Positions 49,706 to 61,577 of a stretch of 64,000 bases of DNA are shown here, piece by piece; within the stretch, counting starts at the first letter, position 1, and each line of letters opens with the position of its first letter. Below the pieces are notes generated by a model. It did no database searches. It had not been told where the DNA came from and worked only from the letters and a program-made list of their open reading frames with translations. This DNA is from Leucoraja erinacea (Eukaryota). Made by a program: the position numbers and the translations under genes. The DNA is taken from contig NC_073381.1 of the NCBI RefSeq assembly GCF_028641065.1, positions 65,038,001 through 65,102,000 of the forward strand. The letters run 5' to 3'.

Positions 49706-52700
49706 TGAATTATAGAGTTGAATTATAGACTAGTTAGCCTGACATTGGAGGTGGGGAAGATGCTGGAGTCAATTATAAAAGATTAAATAGCCGCATATTT
49801 GGATAGCAGTAACAGGATCGGTCCGAGTCAGCATGGATTTAGACAATAGACAATAGACAAGAGGTGCAGGAGTAGGCCATTTGGCTCTTCGAGCCAGCAC
49901 CGCCATTCAATGTTATCATGGCTGATCATCCCCAATCAGTACCCCGTTCCTGCCTTCTCCCCATATCCCCTGACCACTATTTTTGAGAGCCTTATCTAGC
50001 TCTCTCTTGAAAGCATCCAGAAAACCTGCCTCTGAGGCAGAGAATTCCACAGACTCACCACTCTCTGTGAGAAAAAGTGTTTCTTCGTCCCACCATTTAC
50101 GAAGGGGAATTCATGCTTGACTAATCTTCTGGAATTTTTTGAGGATGTAATGAAGATAACAGATAAGGGAAAGCCACTGGATGTAGAGTACCTGGACTTT
50201 CAGAAAGCATTTGATAAGGTCCCACATAGGGGATTAGTGGAAAAAATTAGGGCACATGGTATTGGGGGTAGAGTGCTGACATCGATAAAAAATTGGTTTG
50301 CAGACAGGAAACAAAGAGTATGGGTTAATGGGTCCCTTTCAGAATGGCAGGCAGTGACTAGTGGGGTACCGCAAGGCTCAGTGCTGGGACCGCAGCTATT
50401 TACAATATGCATCAATGATTTAGATGAAGGGATTCAAAGTAACATTAGCAAATTTGCAGATGACACAAAGCTGGGTAGCAGTGTGAACTGTGAGGAGGAT
50501 GCTATGAGAATGCAGGGTGACTTGGACAGGTTGGGTGAGTGGGCAGATGCATGGCAGATGCAGTGAGGTTATCCTCTTTGGTAGCAAAAATAGGAAGGCA
50601 GATTACTATCTAAATGGTGTCAAGTTGGGAAAAGGGGAAGTACAATGGGATCTGGGGGTCCTTGTTCATTCGTCAATGAAAGTAAGCATGCAGGTACAGC
50701 AGGCATTGAAGAAAGCGAATGGCATGTTGGCCTTTATAACACGAGGAGTTGAGTATAGGAGCAAAGAGTTACTTCTGCAGTTGTATAGGGCCCTAATGAG
50801 ACCACACCTGGAATATTGTGTGCAGTTTTGGTCCCCAAATTTGAGAAAGGACATTCTTGCTATTGAGGGAGTGCAGCGTAGATTTACAAGGTTAATTGAG
50901 AATTGGGATGGTGGGATTGTCATATGCTAAGAGAATGGAGCGGCTGGGCTTATATACTCTGGAGTTTAGAAGGATGAGAGGGCATCTTATTGAAACATAT
51001 AAGATTATTAAGGGTTTGGACATGCTAGAGGCAGGAAACATGTTCCCGATATTGGGGGAGTCCAGAACCAGTGGCCACAGTTTATAAATAAGGAGTAAGC
51101 CATTTAGAACGGAGACGAGGAAACATTTTTTCTCACAGAGAGTTGTGAGTCTGTGGAATTCTTTGCCTCAGAGGGCGGTGGAGACCGGTGCTCTGGATAC
51201 TTTCAAGTAATAGCTAGATAATGCTCTTAAAGTCAGGGGATATGAGGAGAAGGTAGGAACGGAGTACTGATTGGGGATGATCAGCTATGATCACATTGAA
51301 TGGCGGTGCTGGCTCAAAGGGCCGAATGGCGTACTCCTGCACCTATTGTCTATTGTCCATTGTCTGAAACCACCCATTCCATCCTATCCCAAACTCCCCC
51401 AGCTAGACTTGGGCCTCCATCTCACCAAATATGTGTCCCAATTCCACCCGCAACATACAGCCAAACCCCAAAACACACTCACCAAGCTGTCCATCCCAGA
51501 ACTGCCCCCCACCAGTCTGTCCATTTTGAACAGCACCCAAACAAATTCCTGTCCCACCCTCACCCCTCAACAAATTGCCCATTTCCGAACATCTTTCCAC
51601 AGCTGTTTCACAGTCTAAAGAATTCATGAGCTTGTAGAGTGGTTACCTTTTCAGAGAATGAGGAGTGGGAAGAACAGTCTTGCATCCACCATTTTGGCTA
51701 CAGGCAGCACAGTCATGGAGCAAAGAGTGAAATTTGATGTCCTCATGAAGATACAAAGTGAAAAATGCATCAGCAAAGTTGAAATGAGTGTTGTGAAACG
51801 TTGGCCAATAACTGACAAAAACCAGCATATAAATAAAGAGGATGGTACATCTGACACAATTAGTCCTACTGAAATGAAATGAATGAAAATACTGATTATA
51901 CATGAAGAAAGATTCAAGACAAGGAGCAACTAATTTCAAATTTTCGTAAAGGCAAGTAACTGAAAGTGAATGGGGAACAATGGGCACAGACTTGGCTAAA
52001 CCCATGCTTAGTTCATCAACCAACATAAACATCTCTGTTCATCTCTGATCATTATGAAGTAAGCTTCGAGTCACTTGTTTTTTTCCTGGCAACTTACATC
52101 TGGTGTGCGTTATATTGGCCGCTCCTCCGCTAGCCTGTGGTCTGTCTCCACACTATTTTTTTCTTTATTTTCCACATATGGTGAGCTCAGCATAATCACA
52201 AACCACATGCTGGGAGATTTTAGGCTCAGTGCCGAGTGGTGATTATATTGGACGGATTTCCAAAACCTTTGTTTCATTTTAAAGAACCATGAAGGCACAT
52301 GGTTCAATTGCACATCAAACTGGTGAAGTGTAATAAACAAAACCGACAATCAAGCAGCAGTTTCCTTAAGTAATAATGAGGCTTCTTTTCATCAGAACAG
52401 GAGAGGTGCATGGTTGCTAACAAATCCAAAAAACATTTAATATATAACTAACTATCAAAAGGAAATTACAATTAAAGCACTAAACACATGCAATTATATT
52501 GACTTTTATCTGGAAAAGCTGGGCTTGCTTTCCCTGGAGCGAACAAGGCTGGGGGGTGACCTGATAGAAGTTTGTAAGATTGCGAGAGATATAGATAGGA
52601 TAGAAAGCCAAAATCTTTATCCCTTGGTAAGGGTAACACAAACAGCAAAAGGCTATCGTTTGAAGGCGAGGGGTAGTTGATATATAGGGGATCTTAGAGG

Positions 52701-53039
52701 TGACTTTCTTTACACAGAGAAAGATAGATATTTGAGATGTGCTAACAGCGGAAGTGGAATCAGATATAATGAGTATGTCTCGGAGACATTTAGACACTTA
52801 AATGGGCATCTGGTTCGAACATGGCCAAATTAGGTGAGCAAAGATGGTCAAAACAGCCATCATGGACACGATGGGACATCATGGGTCTAAAGACCCATTT
52901 CTATGCTGTACACACTACAAATGTACTAGCCTCCTGATATTCAATCAATAACAGGAAGCAGGAATAACTTCTACTTTCCCACTTCTACTTTTTCCATGAG
53001 AAACTAGGAGAATGGACTATTTTTAGGACAGAATTTTTA

Positions 53040-53380
53040 GTATTAATGGTTATGGTTGAGAATATGCCATTGACCTGGGAATGGATGCTGATGTTTGCCA
53101 CTCTTTCCTTACATTGGATTTGGTAGATTTTGTGTAGACTGCGATCATGGCATTTTCTACCGCAAGTGGTCCATACCTCTGATGCAAGCAATGGTGGATG
53201 TTATTACTACTCAGTGGAGCATAAGTTCCTAGGCCTTTTCAGAGAAGATTGATGGCTTTACTGGTGCATTGGAGGTAGTGATGTTTGCCTTCACTGAGCG
53301 TGGAAAGTGGTTGACATTTTCAACGGTGTTGTTGTGAATCTTGACTATTGGGAGCTGGTGCGGTATTGCCAGGTTGGTAG
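53040..53380 (-). mobile_element. Decayed RTE-type LINE fragment
   Basis: LASEVWTT…RSLHKIYQIQCKERVAN matches the RTE motif LLYxSETWT…LRKILxIxWxDRxTN. Confidence 0.55.
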
Positions 53381-53404
53381 ACGAGTCAAAATGTAATAAC
53401 AATG

Positions 53405-53925
53405 AACTTCAGATGCTGATTTGTTTCAAAAATAGACACCAAATGCTGGTGTGACTCAGCAGGTCAGGCAGCATTCCTGGAGAACATGGATAGGCGATGT
53501 TTTTCTTTGGAACCTTTCTTCAGACTGCTCGTAGGGGAAGGGAAAGAAAGCTGAGTGAGAGGAGGGATAGGACAGAGCATGGCTGCTATTAGGTGAACAC
53601 AGGCGGGGGGGGGGGGGTCATTTGATAGGCAGATTGTTGGACAAATGACAGAGGTGAAAAGACAGGTGTGAGCCCTAAAAGACAAAGAGTTGTGAATTGC
53701 TAAGCTTGGGGATAGAAAAGTGTGGAATTGTGTATCCACTGTAAACAGTACAAGTGGAGGTGTTGGGGCAGGAGAGAAACAGGTGTGAGGGCAGCCAGTC
53801 TTCCTGCCCTTCTCCATTGCTCGAACAAGGCCATACGCAAATGGAGGAATAGCACCTCATATTCTACTTATGTATCTCATAAACAACCCAATGGCATGAA
53901 CGTTAAAACTTCCAATTGTAACAAT
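53405..53925. mobile_element. Penelope-like element fragments: inverted terminal repeat plus ORF C-terminal remnant
   Basis: Reverse-strand pLTR at 53405-53530. + strand LLHCSNKA…EE*HLIF…QPNGMNVKTSN resembles the Penelope ORF C-terminus. Confidence 0.6.
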
Positions 53926-54409
53926 TGCACAATATCCCATACAACCCAAACATCAACCCCATGCTACATATATCTCAGAGTCCGCAGGCCCTACATTGGG
54001 CTCTTCGGACACTTCAGAACCTCCAGAACTGTCATGGAAGGAAGTTATCCCTCAGCTGAGGGATTGCTTCAGAAGAGGAGATGAAGATTTATGACACCAA
54101 AGGCAATTGCCAAAATAGACTAGCCAAACATTATGGAAACAATATAAGATTCTAACTTTTTCCCATCAAGTTCACAGATTATCCAAAGTGTTAAGCAGTG
54201 GAGTAGTTTAATTGGCTCAGTTATTGTACTATAACATTATTTAAAAGACTCGTGGGCAGGTACATAAATAAGAAGGTTTTGGAGGAATATGGGCTAAACA
54301 CAGGCAAATAGCATTGGCTTAGGTGGAAGATCTTAATGGGCATGAATTTGGCTGAAGGGCCTGTTTCCATGCTGTATAACTCCTTGACTCTATTGTAATT
54401 AATTGCATG

Positions 54410-54645
54410 ACATACAACCCATAACATGACCTCTAACTTCAGATACACCTTACATTCTCTCTCCATCCCATTCCCCTTCCCAGTTCTCCCACTAGTCTTA
54501 CTGTCTCCGCCTACATTCTAACTTTGTCCCGCCTCCTCCCCTGACATTAGTCTGAAGAAGGGTCTCGACCCGAAACATTGTCCATTCCTTCTCTCCAGAG
54601 ATGCTGCCTCACCCGCTGAGTTACTCCAGCATTTTGTGTCTACAT
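54410..54645 (+). mobile_element. Penelope 3' terminal repeat with hammerhead core
   Basis: CTGAAGA-A-GGGTC-TC-GACCC-GAAAC at 54552-54576. Confidence 0.7.
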
Positions 54646-55084
54646 TCATAACATGGAAACATAGGAACATAGAAAATAGGTGCAGGTGTAGACCATTCGA
54701 AAATCATCGAAAATCAGTACCTCGTTCCTGCTCTCTCCCCATATCCCTTGAATCATAACAGCTATATCTAACTTTCTCTTGAATACATCCAGTGAATTGG
54801 CCTCCACTGCTTTCCGTGGCAGAATAACAGATGTCAATTCAGTTGTGATGGATCAGTTGCCAATGAGATGTCTTGGCCTGCTTGTGGCCTGAATCTGTCA
54901 CTACCTTCTTAAGCTACTCAAGTTGTTAAACCAAGGCAAGCCAAACTACCAAAATAATCCATCTCAAAGAGCTCTTTGTTATCTACTTGCATTTTACTGC
55001 CCATACACAAGCCTAATTAACTTATTTCCACATGTTGGCAAATGCTGACTGTCCTTTGCCAATCTAATTACCTCAGACCATTTA

Positions 55085-55590
55085 AGGGCCTGTACCACAC
55101 ATGCGATTTTTTAGGCGACTACAGAATAGTAGGCCACATGGTCGTCGGGGTGTCGTCTGTATTGTCGTGAGTAGTTTCCTCAGTCGCCCAAAGAGTTGTA
55201 GCGACTTTCTGGTCACCGCTGGATTTTCAAAATGTTCAAAAAATTTTGGCGACAGTCAGCAACAATGGGTTTAACGCCAATGAGCAAAACTTGACTTCTC
55301 CTGACCTAGGTGCTGTCGTAGGTTGTCACCAAGTGACGGAGGTTGTCGCCGGTGCTGACTTCGGTGAATTCCATTGGTGACTACCTACATCAATCGGCGA
55401 CAGGTACCGGCGTCAAGAGAAGTCGTAGCGACAGGCATTAGAAAAACCAAGTCCACAGAAGTCCACAGAAGTCAAGCTACAACAGCCAGTCGCGATGTTG
55501 ATGAATGAGGTTCATCTACACCTATATCAGCAGCAATCTACGACAATGTACGACCATACCGACGACAAGCTACGACAAACTACGACAACT
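55085..55590. mobile_element. PIF/Harbinger-type MITE fragment
   Basis: TTA followed by AGGGCCTGTACCAC terminus. GTCG/CGAC-rich body; right end missing. Confidence 0.55.
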
Positions 55591-55767
55591 GCTGTATGAA
55601 TTGTCCTGGGAAGGTTTTCTGTATTTAGAATAGATTGCAATTTTTATTATTACAAACCATCTTTCACAATTTGTTCTTTTGGATATGATTTTTGTTCACA
55701 TACTTGGTCTGTATACATTTTCCATGACTGTATATGTAAACTTTCCTGATTCACTTTAATAATTGCA

Positions 55768-56075
55768 GGGCGGCACAATATTGCAGTGGCAGAGTTGCTG
55801 CCTTACAGCGCCAGAGACCCTAGTTCGATCCTGACTAAGGATGTTTGTCTGTACAGACTTTGTACATTCTCCCAGTGTCTTGCGTGGGTTTTCTCAGGGA
55901 TCTCCGGTTTCCACCCACACTCCAAAGACGTACAGATTTGTAGGTTAATTGGCTTGGTATAATTGTACATTGTCCCTAGTGTGTGTAAGATTGTGTAAGT
56001 GTGCGGGATTCACTAGTCGACACAGACTCAGTGGGCTGATGGGTCTGTTTCTGCTCTGTATCTCTAACCTAAACT
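55768..56075 (+). mobile_element. HE1/V-SINE-like SINE
   Basis: GGGCGGCAC…GTTCGATCC head, V-like core and CR1-like tail. Confidence 0.8.
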
Positions 56076-56526
56076 TAACTGAGAGCTTAAAAGAAATTCA
56101 CCATGGAGCAAAAAATGCCCATATCAAATGTACACATGTGCTCCTTATAGGCCATTCTCACGGGGCGACTTGACGCAAGATGTAGCCAGAGTGAAGTGGT
56201 CATGGTCTAGCACGATATCACACAATATAACGGGGGGTAGATAAAGAGTTCCCATGGTACTCGGCATTTCTGTTATTTGTGCGAGTGACTTGTCCGTCTC
56301 CCGAGCTTTCCCGTTAAATCTTGAATGAACATTGTGAACTGTGAAGTGTCACGTGGCACAAATGATGTCACTTTTTTTTTCACACACTATAAATATCCTC
56401 CCTTGGTTGAATTGGCTCATTTGGAGACATGCCTGTACTAATGCCGTGACTTTACTGCAGGAAGATGCCACATTACTTAGACGATGTTAGTTGCGCCCAA
56501 GTTTAAATTTCCAACGTGTGTTTCAG

Positions 56527-56699
56527 AAGTACCACAGATCCCCACCTTTATAAATTTCTATCTGGCAGTGTTTTCTGTCTCAGGAATTTCAGCCCTTTGT
56601 CTATATTTGATGACAGTAACTACAGACAAAGGGCTGAAATTCCTGAGACAGAAAACACTGCCAGATAGAAATTTATAAAGGTGGGGATCTGTGGTACTT
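56527..56699. repeat. Perfect 76-bp inverted repeat with 21-nt spacer
   Basis: 56527-56602 is the exact reverse complement of 56624-56699. Confidence 0.95.
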
Positions 56700-56754
56700 G
56701 TAAAGAGTCAGCGGAGAATCCTTGATAATCAAAAACAGTCTGAATCAGCAAGTT

Positions 56755-58297
56755 AGACACAAAATGCTGGAGTAACTCAGCGGGCCAAGCAGCATCACTG
56801 GAGAAAAGGAATAGAGTCCATTTTTGGTCGGGACCCTTCTTCGGGATGATTGTAGGGGGGCACTGGAAGCAAGAAAAGATCGGGACAAATCAGGGCCAAC
56901 AACAGATGACCTCAGCAGGGTATTTTGAAGAGGGGTCCCGTCCCGAAATGTCGCCTAACCCTTTCCTCCAGAGATGCTGCTTGACCCACTGAGTCACTCC
57001 AGCACTTTATGTCTATATTTGGTTCCCTGATAGGCCAATTGTTGGCTAGGGATAGTGTGATCCCAAGAGGGGACCATCGTTGCAAACCTTGGCCTGGTTA
57101 ACCGACATTTACTGCATGGGGGAGGGGGGGGGGGGGGGGGGGGGGGGGGCAGGACGGGGGGGCAGGAGGGGGTGGGCGGGGGGGGAGAGAGAGAGAGAGT
57201 GTAAGTTACCTAAAATGAAATAATTCAATGTTCATAGTGAACACAGACACAAAATGTTGGAGTAACTCAATGGGTCAGGCAACATCTCTGGAGAAAATGA
57301 ACAGGTGGTGTTTGTGTCTATCTTCGGTAAAAACCAGCATCCGCATTTCCTTCCTGCACAATGGATCTCAGTGTCAGTCTCTGACTCCCGTTGGCAGGCC
57401 ATTCGGCCCACAGCCCGCCCAGCGATGACTAACCCATGTCACAGGGGGATGGTGTGAAGGCGGAGTTAGACAGAGATTGATTCATGTTACGGTTGGGGAA
57501 TGGGCCATAATATGGGGAAACGCCAGGGAAACGCTGTTATTCGTGACGCCCCCTCCGCCCTTTCCCAGCTGTTCTCAATCGCACCCCTGGCCACACAAAA
57601 ATTTATACTGTAAGAAGGAATACACGGAACATTTAAACTCAGAACGCTTCTAACAGAGTGAGCCATGTGAGCACTTTGATCATTCTCCCTGTATTTGCAT
57701 TTGACAAAATAGTCGGAAAAAAATGTTTAAAAGTGTTCATACATTTTGCTATGCCTAACTGGCCCTTACCTCTGCGAAAATAGTCTGATATTCGTAGGTG
57801 AAATGTCACCAACAATAATTGATTCTATTATTAATTGACTAATAATTGACTCTATTAGCGGAAAGATGCAATTCTGATCTAATATTATCAATGCCTCTGT
57901 CTTTGAAAGCAACACCAGCAATTTATTAAATCTGACTACATGCGGCACAGTGGTAGAGTTGCTGCCTCACAGCCCCAGAGACTGGGGTTCGATCCTGACC
58001 ATGGGGGAGAGAGAGAGAGTGTAAGTTACCTAAGTTACCTAAGTCAGATCTGGGAAGAAAAACATAAAAAGCTGTAGTAAGTCAGCGGGTCAGGCAGCAT
58101 CTCTGGAAAAAAAGAATAGGTGGCGATTCGAATCGGAACCCTTCTTCAGACATCCTAATCGGAATTGAGTCTGAAGATGTGTCTCGTCCCGAAACATCAC
58201 CTATTTTTCTCCAGAGATGCTGCTTGACTCACTGAGCTACTCCAGCTTTTTGTGTCTGTCTTCGGTTTAAACCAGCATGTGCAGTTCACTCCTTACA
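56755..58297. mobile_element. Cluster of Penelope-derived repeats (56755-57360, 58060-58297) and a SINE head (57943-58000) inside the Harbinger element
   Basis: Repeated GCTGGAGTAACTCAGCGGG and its reverse complement. Degenerate hammerhead cores at about 56926 and 58171. Confidence 0.65.
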
Positions 58298-59147
58298 TGG
58301 GTCTCTGGAGAACATTGATTGGTAGCGTTCCGGACCCTGCTTCGGAAAGGCATCGATCACTGGTCGGCGAGGACTCCGAGCTGTATCTCTCAAAGAAGTA
58401 CATGTGAAAAAGTTATCACGGACCATAAAAATGCGGGACCTTTCAGTAAAGTCCCTTTTAAAGATTATAGTTATTTTCTTAACATAACTCATGAATAAGT
58501 TGATGTCCATATGCGGATGCAAATCTTTATTTTTTAAATTCAATCCCACAGAAGACAATTTTTACTCACCTTCTGTCCCCTCTGCCCAGCTTCCGGGTTC
58601 ACCGTTCGCAGGAGTTCCCACGGTAAACGCAATAGTTATTACGGATATCGCACTTGCCACTACGTCCCTATAATGTTGCAATGTTCAACCACAAGTTTAC
58701 AAGTCACTCTTGGAGAAATTCAAGCTTGTTTGAATTTTCTCCCGAGTCACCAAGTTACACGAGTACCTGCCGTTAGCGCCACGGTGGTCCACGGTGGTCC
58801 ACGAATGCCGTACGGTTATTGCACGAGGTTCCCACGATGTTCAACTCTGGTTAACTCTTGCGTCAAGTCGCCCCGTGAGAATCGCCTATTATCAAGAAAC
58901 GGCAAATTCCAGAATCATGAGCAAAACATAAAGTGACAGATCAATAAGGATCCTGACCTGAAACATCATCAGTCCATTCCCTTCGTCGATGAAGCCTGAC
59001 CCGTTGAGTTTCTCGTACATTGATGATTTGTATTCTATTTCCTCGTATTTGTTACAACCTATAATAGTCTAATTTATAGTTTTATTTCGAATGAATTTTA
59101 CACATTATGTACAGAAATTATACACATTAAATACATTAAGAGACAGT

Positions 59148-60085
59148 TGGTGGGGGGGCGCTGCGAGTCGGCTGCCCTGTCAGCAACGTGTCCGTTATTT
59201 CAACTTTTTTTGTTTTTTTTAGTCTGTCCAAATGTCTGTTTCTGAGTCTCTCGGTGTGTCTTGTGTGGGGGGCAGTGGGGAGGAGAAAGGGGGGAACCGC
59301 TTTTGGTCGCCTCCTCCACGGAGAGGCAACTTTTTCAATGTCGCCTCCCTCGCTGCCTAACAGCATGGATTGGAGTGGCCTTTCTGAGTCAGGCCCAGAG
59401 CTACAGCAGCAGGTGCAACGTGGACTTTCCATCGCGGAGCGGGCGTACCCATGTCGGGGGTCGCCAGAGAGGAGTGCTCTGATCACTGGCCCGTGGACTG
59501 TTACATCCTGAAGCCGTGGCCTGCGGAGCTTCAGCAGCGGTCACAGCATGGACTTTCCATCGTGCAGCGGGACGAACCCTCGCTGAGAGCTGCGAGAGAG
59601 GAGTGCTCCGATCGCTGGCCTGGTGACTTTGGCATCACGGGGCTGTAATCTGCGGAGCTTCTAGCCAAGGGCGTGGCATGGACTTACCATCTGGAGCCTG
59701 GGATCCCTCGCCGCGGATCGCCAGAGAAGAGCTCCGACCGCCGGCCTGCGGTCTCCGGTAAGAAAGCGCCGATTCAGGACCTCCAAGCCGCGGAGTTCGT
59801 TTGTCCATCCTGAAATCGGAGTTTCAAATCATCCCGACGAGAGGGCCTGTACATCCATCCGTCCATAGCGGCGACTACAGAGGGTTTATGGCCCCAACCA
59901 CGGGTGAACAAAGGAGGTGGACTGGCTGAACTTTGTGCCTTCCACCATAGTGAAGAATGCTGTGGTGGATGTTTGTGTTAAATCATACAGTGTATTGTGT
60001 GTTCTTTTTAATTGTATCGCTGCTGGCAAATTCATTTCACTGCACCTTCGGGTGTATGTGACAAATAAAATTGACTTTGACTTTG
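59148..60085 (+). mobile_element. GC-rich non-coding retroposon, copy D, with internal about 75-bp imperfect tandem repeats
   Basis: Shared modules; repeated GGACTTTCCATCG…AGAGGAGTGCTC; tail GTGACAAATAAA(TTGACT)n. Confidence 0.65.
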
Positions 60086-60509
60086 AAAGCAAAGCTAAAC
60101 ATTTTGGCTCCACACATTCTATATGAGGTTATTTGGTGCACCAATTATATAAGTACCTGCTTCAAAGGATAGTAATCCAATCATCTTATAGTTGTACAAG
60201 ATATTTGTGAAGTTCTGCAGACTAGAAATTTATTTCTTGGACTACAGGACGATGAGGAGTGATCTTACAGAAATGCATAATATCATGAGAGGAATAGATA
60301 AGGTAAATGCACAGTCTTTTATCCAGAGTAAAGGAATCAAGAACCAGAGGACAGAGGTTTATGGGCAGGGGAGCAAGATTTAATAGGAGCCTGAGGAGTA
60401 ACTATTTTACACAAAGGGTGTTAGGTATATGGAACGATGTGCCGGAGGAGGTAGTCGAGGCAGGTATAAAAATATTTGGACAGATACATGGATAGAATAG
60501 ATTCAAATG

Positions 60510-60726
60510 GATAGAATAGAATAGAATAGTTTCTTTATTGTCATTGTAACATGAACCATGTACAACAAAATTTTAAAATGTCAGCCAGTCATTGCACCAT
60601 TCAAACATTTCTAAAAGCTAACGATACATACAAGATAAAATATTAAAAGATAAACAACTAAAATAAATATCACGAAAATAGCACGCATAAACACCCAACC
60701 CTCCATCCTTCTGTCGATTTCACAGT
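60510..60726 (-). mobile_element. Rex/Babar 3' UTR fragment (same family as 1958-2818) inserted in an old CR1 remnant (about 60220-60842)
   Basis: Near-identical to 1958-2177. Confidence 0.85.
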
Positions 60727-61299
60727 GTACCACATTCCCTGGGCCAAATGCAGGCAGGTGAGACTAGTGTAGATGGGGTCTGTTAGTTTGCAAGGGGAAG
60801 TTGGGCCGAATCTCTATTTCCATGTTGTATGACTCTATGACTAATAACAGCCCAACCTACAATGGTCTTTTGCAAAAGTTCCAGATTATGCATATTCAGT
60901 CTCTGCTCTAATTTTAGGCTTGCTGCCTTGCTCATTCCCTCACTCATGGACTCGCTCACTCACTGATCCACACCCTTGCAGGCCCAAGTCAACGAGCAGC
61001 AGAGAACAGGAAATGGGATGGGTGCGGTGTGATGCACGTGGAGTTTCCAGGCAATCGGCCCACCTTGGCACTTGGATCGTGTGACTGCTCCTGCAGCTCA
61101 ACTAAGCCGAGTGCTGCGGCTTTGCATTCTTTAGTTGAGGTGTGAGAGGAAGCAAAGCAGCCTTACCTTCCACCGCCCCATCAGTCTTGCATGCTGCTTC
61201 ACAGACTCCTCAGTCCATGCCGACAAATTACTGCAGTTGCCTGAGTAAATGCAGCAGGTGGTTGCCAGTGGGAACCTATGGATAACCGCATTATATATA

Positions 61300-61577
61300 G
61301 GCGACAGATAGCACAATGGGCTAAGAGTTCGGCTGGCGACCGGAAGGTAGCCGGTTCAAATCCCGCTTGGAGTGCATACTGTCGTTGTGTCCTTGGGCAA
61401 GACACTTCACCCACCTTTGCCTGTAATGGAATGGCGGCAGGCGCGGGCACACCGCGACGCCCTGTGTCTCCCTTTCAAGGGAGATGCTAAAAATGCATTT
61501 CGTTGTCTCTGTACTGTACACTGACAATGACAATAATTGAATCATTTCATTTTCATTTCATTTCATTTCATTTCATT
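61300..61577 (+). mobile_element. tRNA-derived SINE with CORE-like central motif and Rex/Babar-like tail
   Basis: A box TAGCACAATGG, B box GGTTCAAATCC, central GTTGTGTCCTTGGGCAAGACACTTCACC, tail AATGACAATAA plus (CATTT)n. Confidence 0.75.

Larger units (their letters stand above)
48205..51362 (+). mobile_element. CR1 ORF2 (endonuclease and RT) to 3' tail, with an internal deletion and three nested insertions (48691-49180, 49470-49705, 49840-50090)
   Basis: GGGVALL, MGDFN, ILDLVL, SDHN; KSPGPDG; [28 protein letters not shown]. Confidence 0.9.
56148..58888. mobile_element. Complete non-autonomous PIF/Harbinger-type transposon with nested insertions
   Basis: TIRs TAGGCCATTCTCACGGGGCGACTTGACGCAAGA / TCTTGCGTCAAGTCGCCCCGTGAGAATCGCCTA (32 of 33 match). 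TTA TSD at 56145-56147 and 58889-58891. Confidence 0.85.

Noticed and set aside
57119-57185. Poly-G tracts as functional G-quadruplexes (also 24921-24949, 32615-32640)
   Set aside because: Homopolymer expansions inside repeats; no evidence of function, and length may be sequencing-sensitive.
59400-59750. Regularly spaced repeats suggestive of a CRISPR-like array
   Set aside because: Imperfect tandem units without unique spacers, in a eukaryotic retroposon context.
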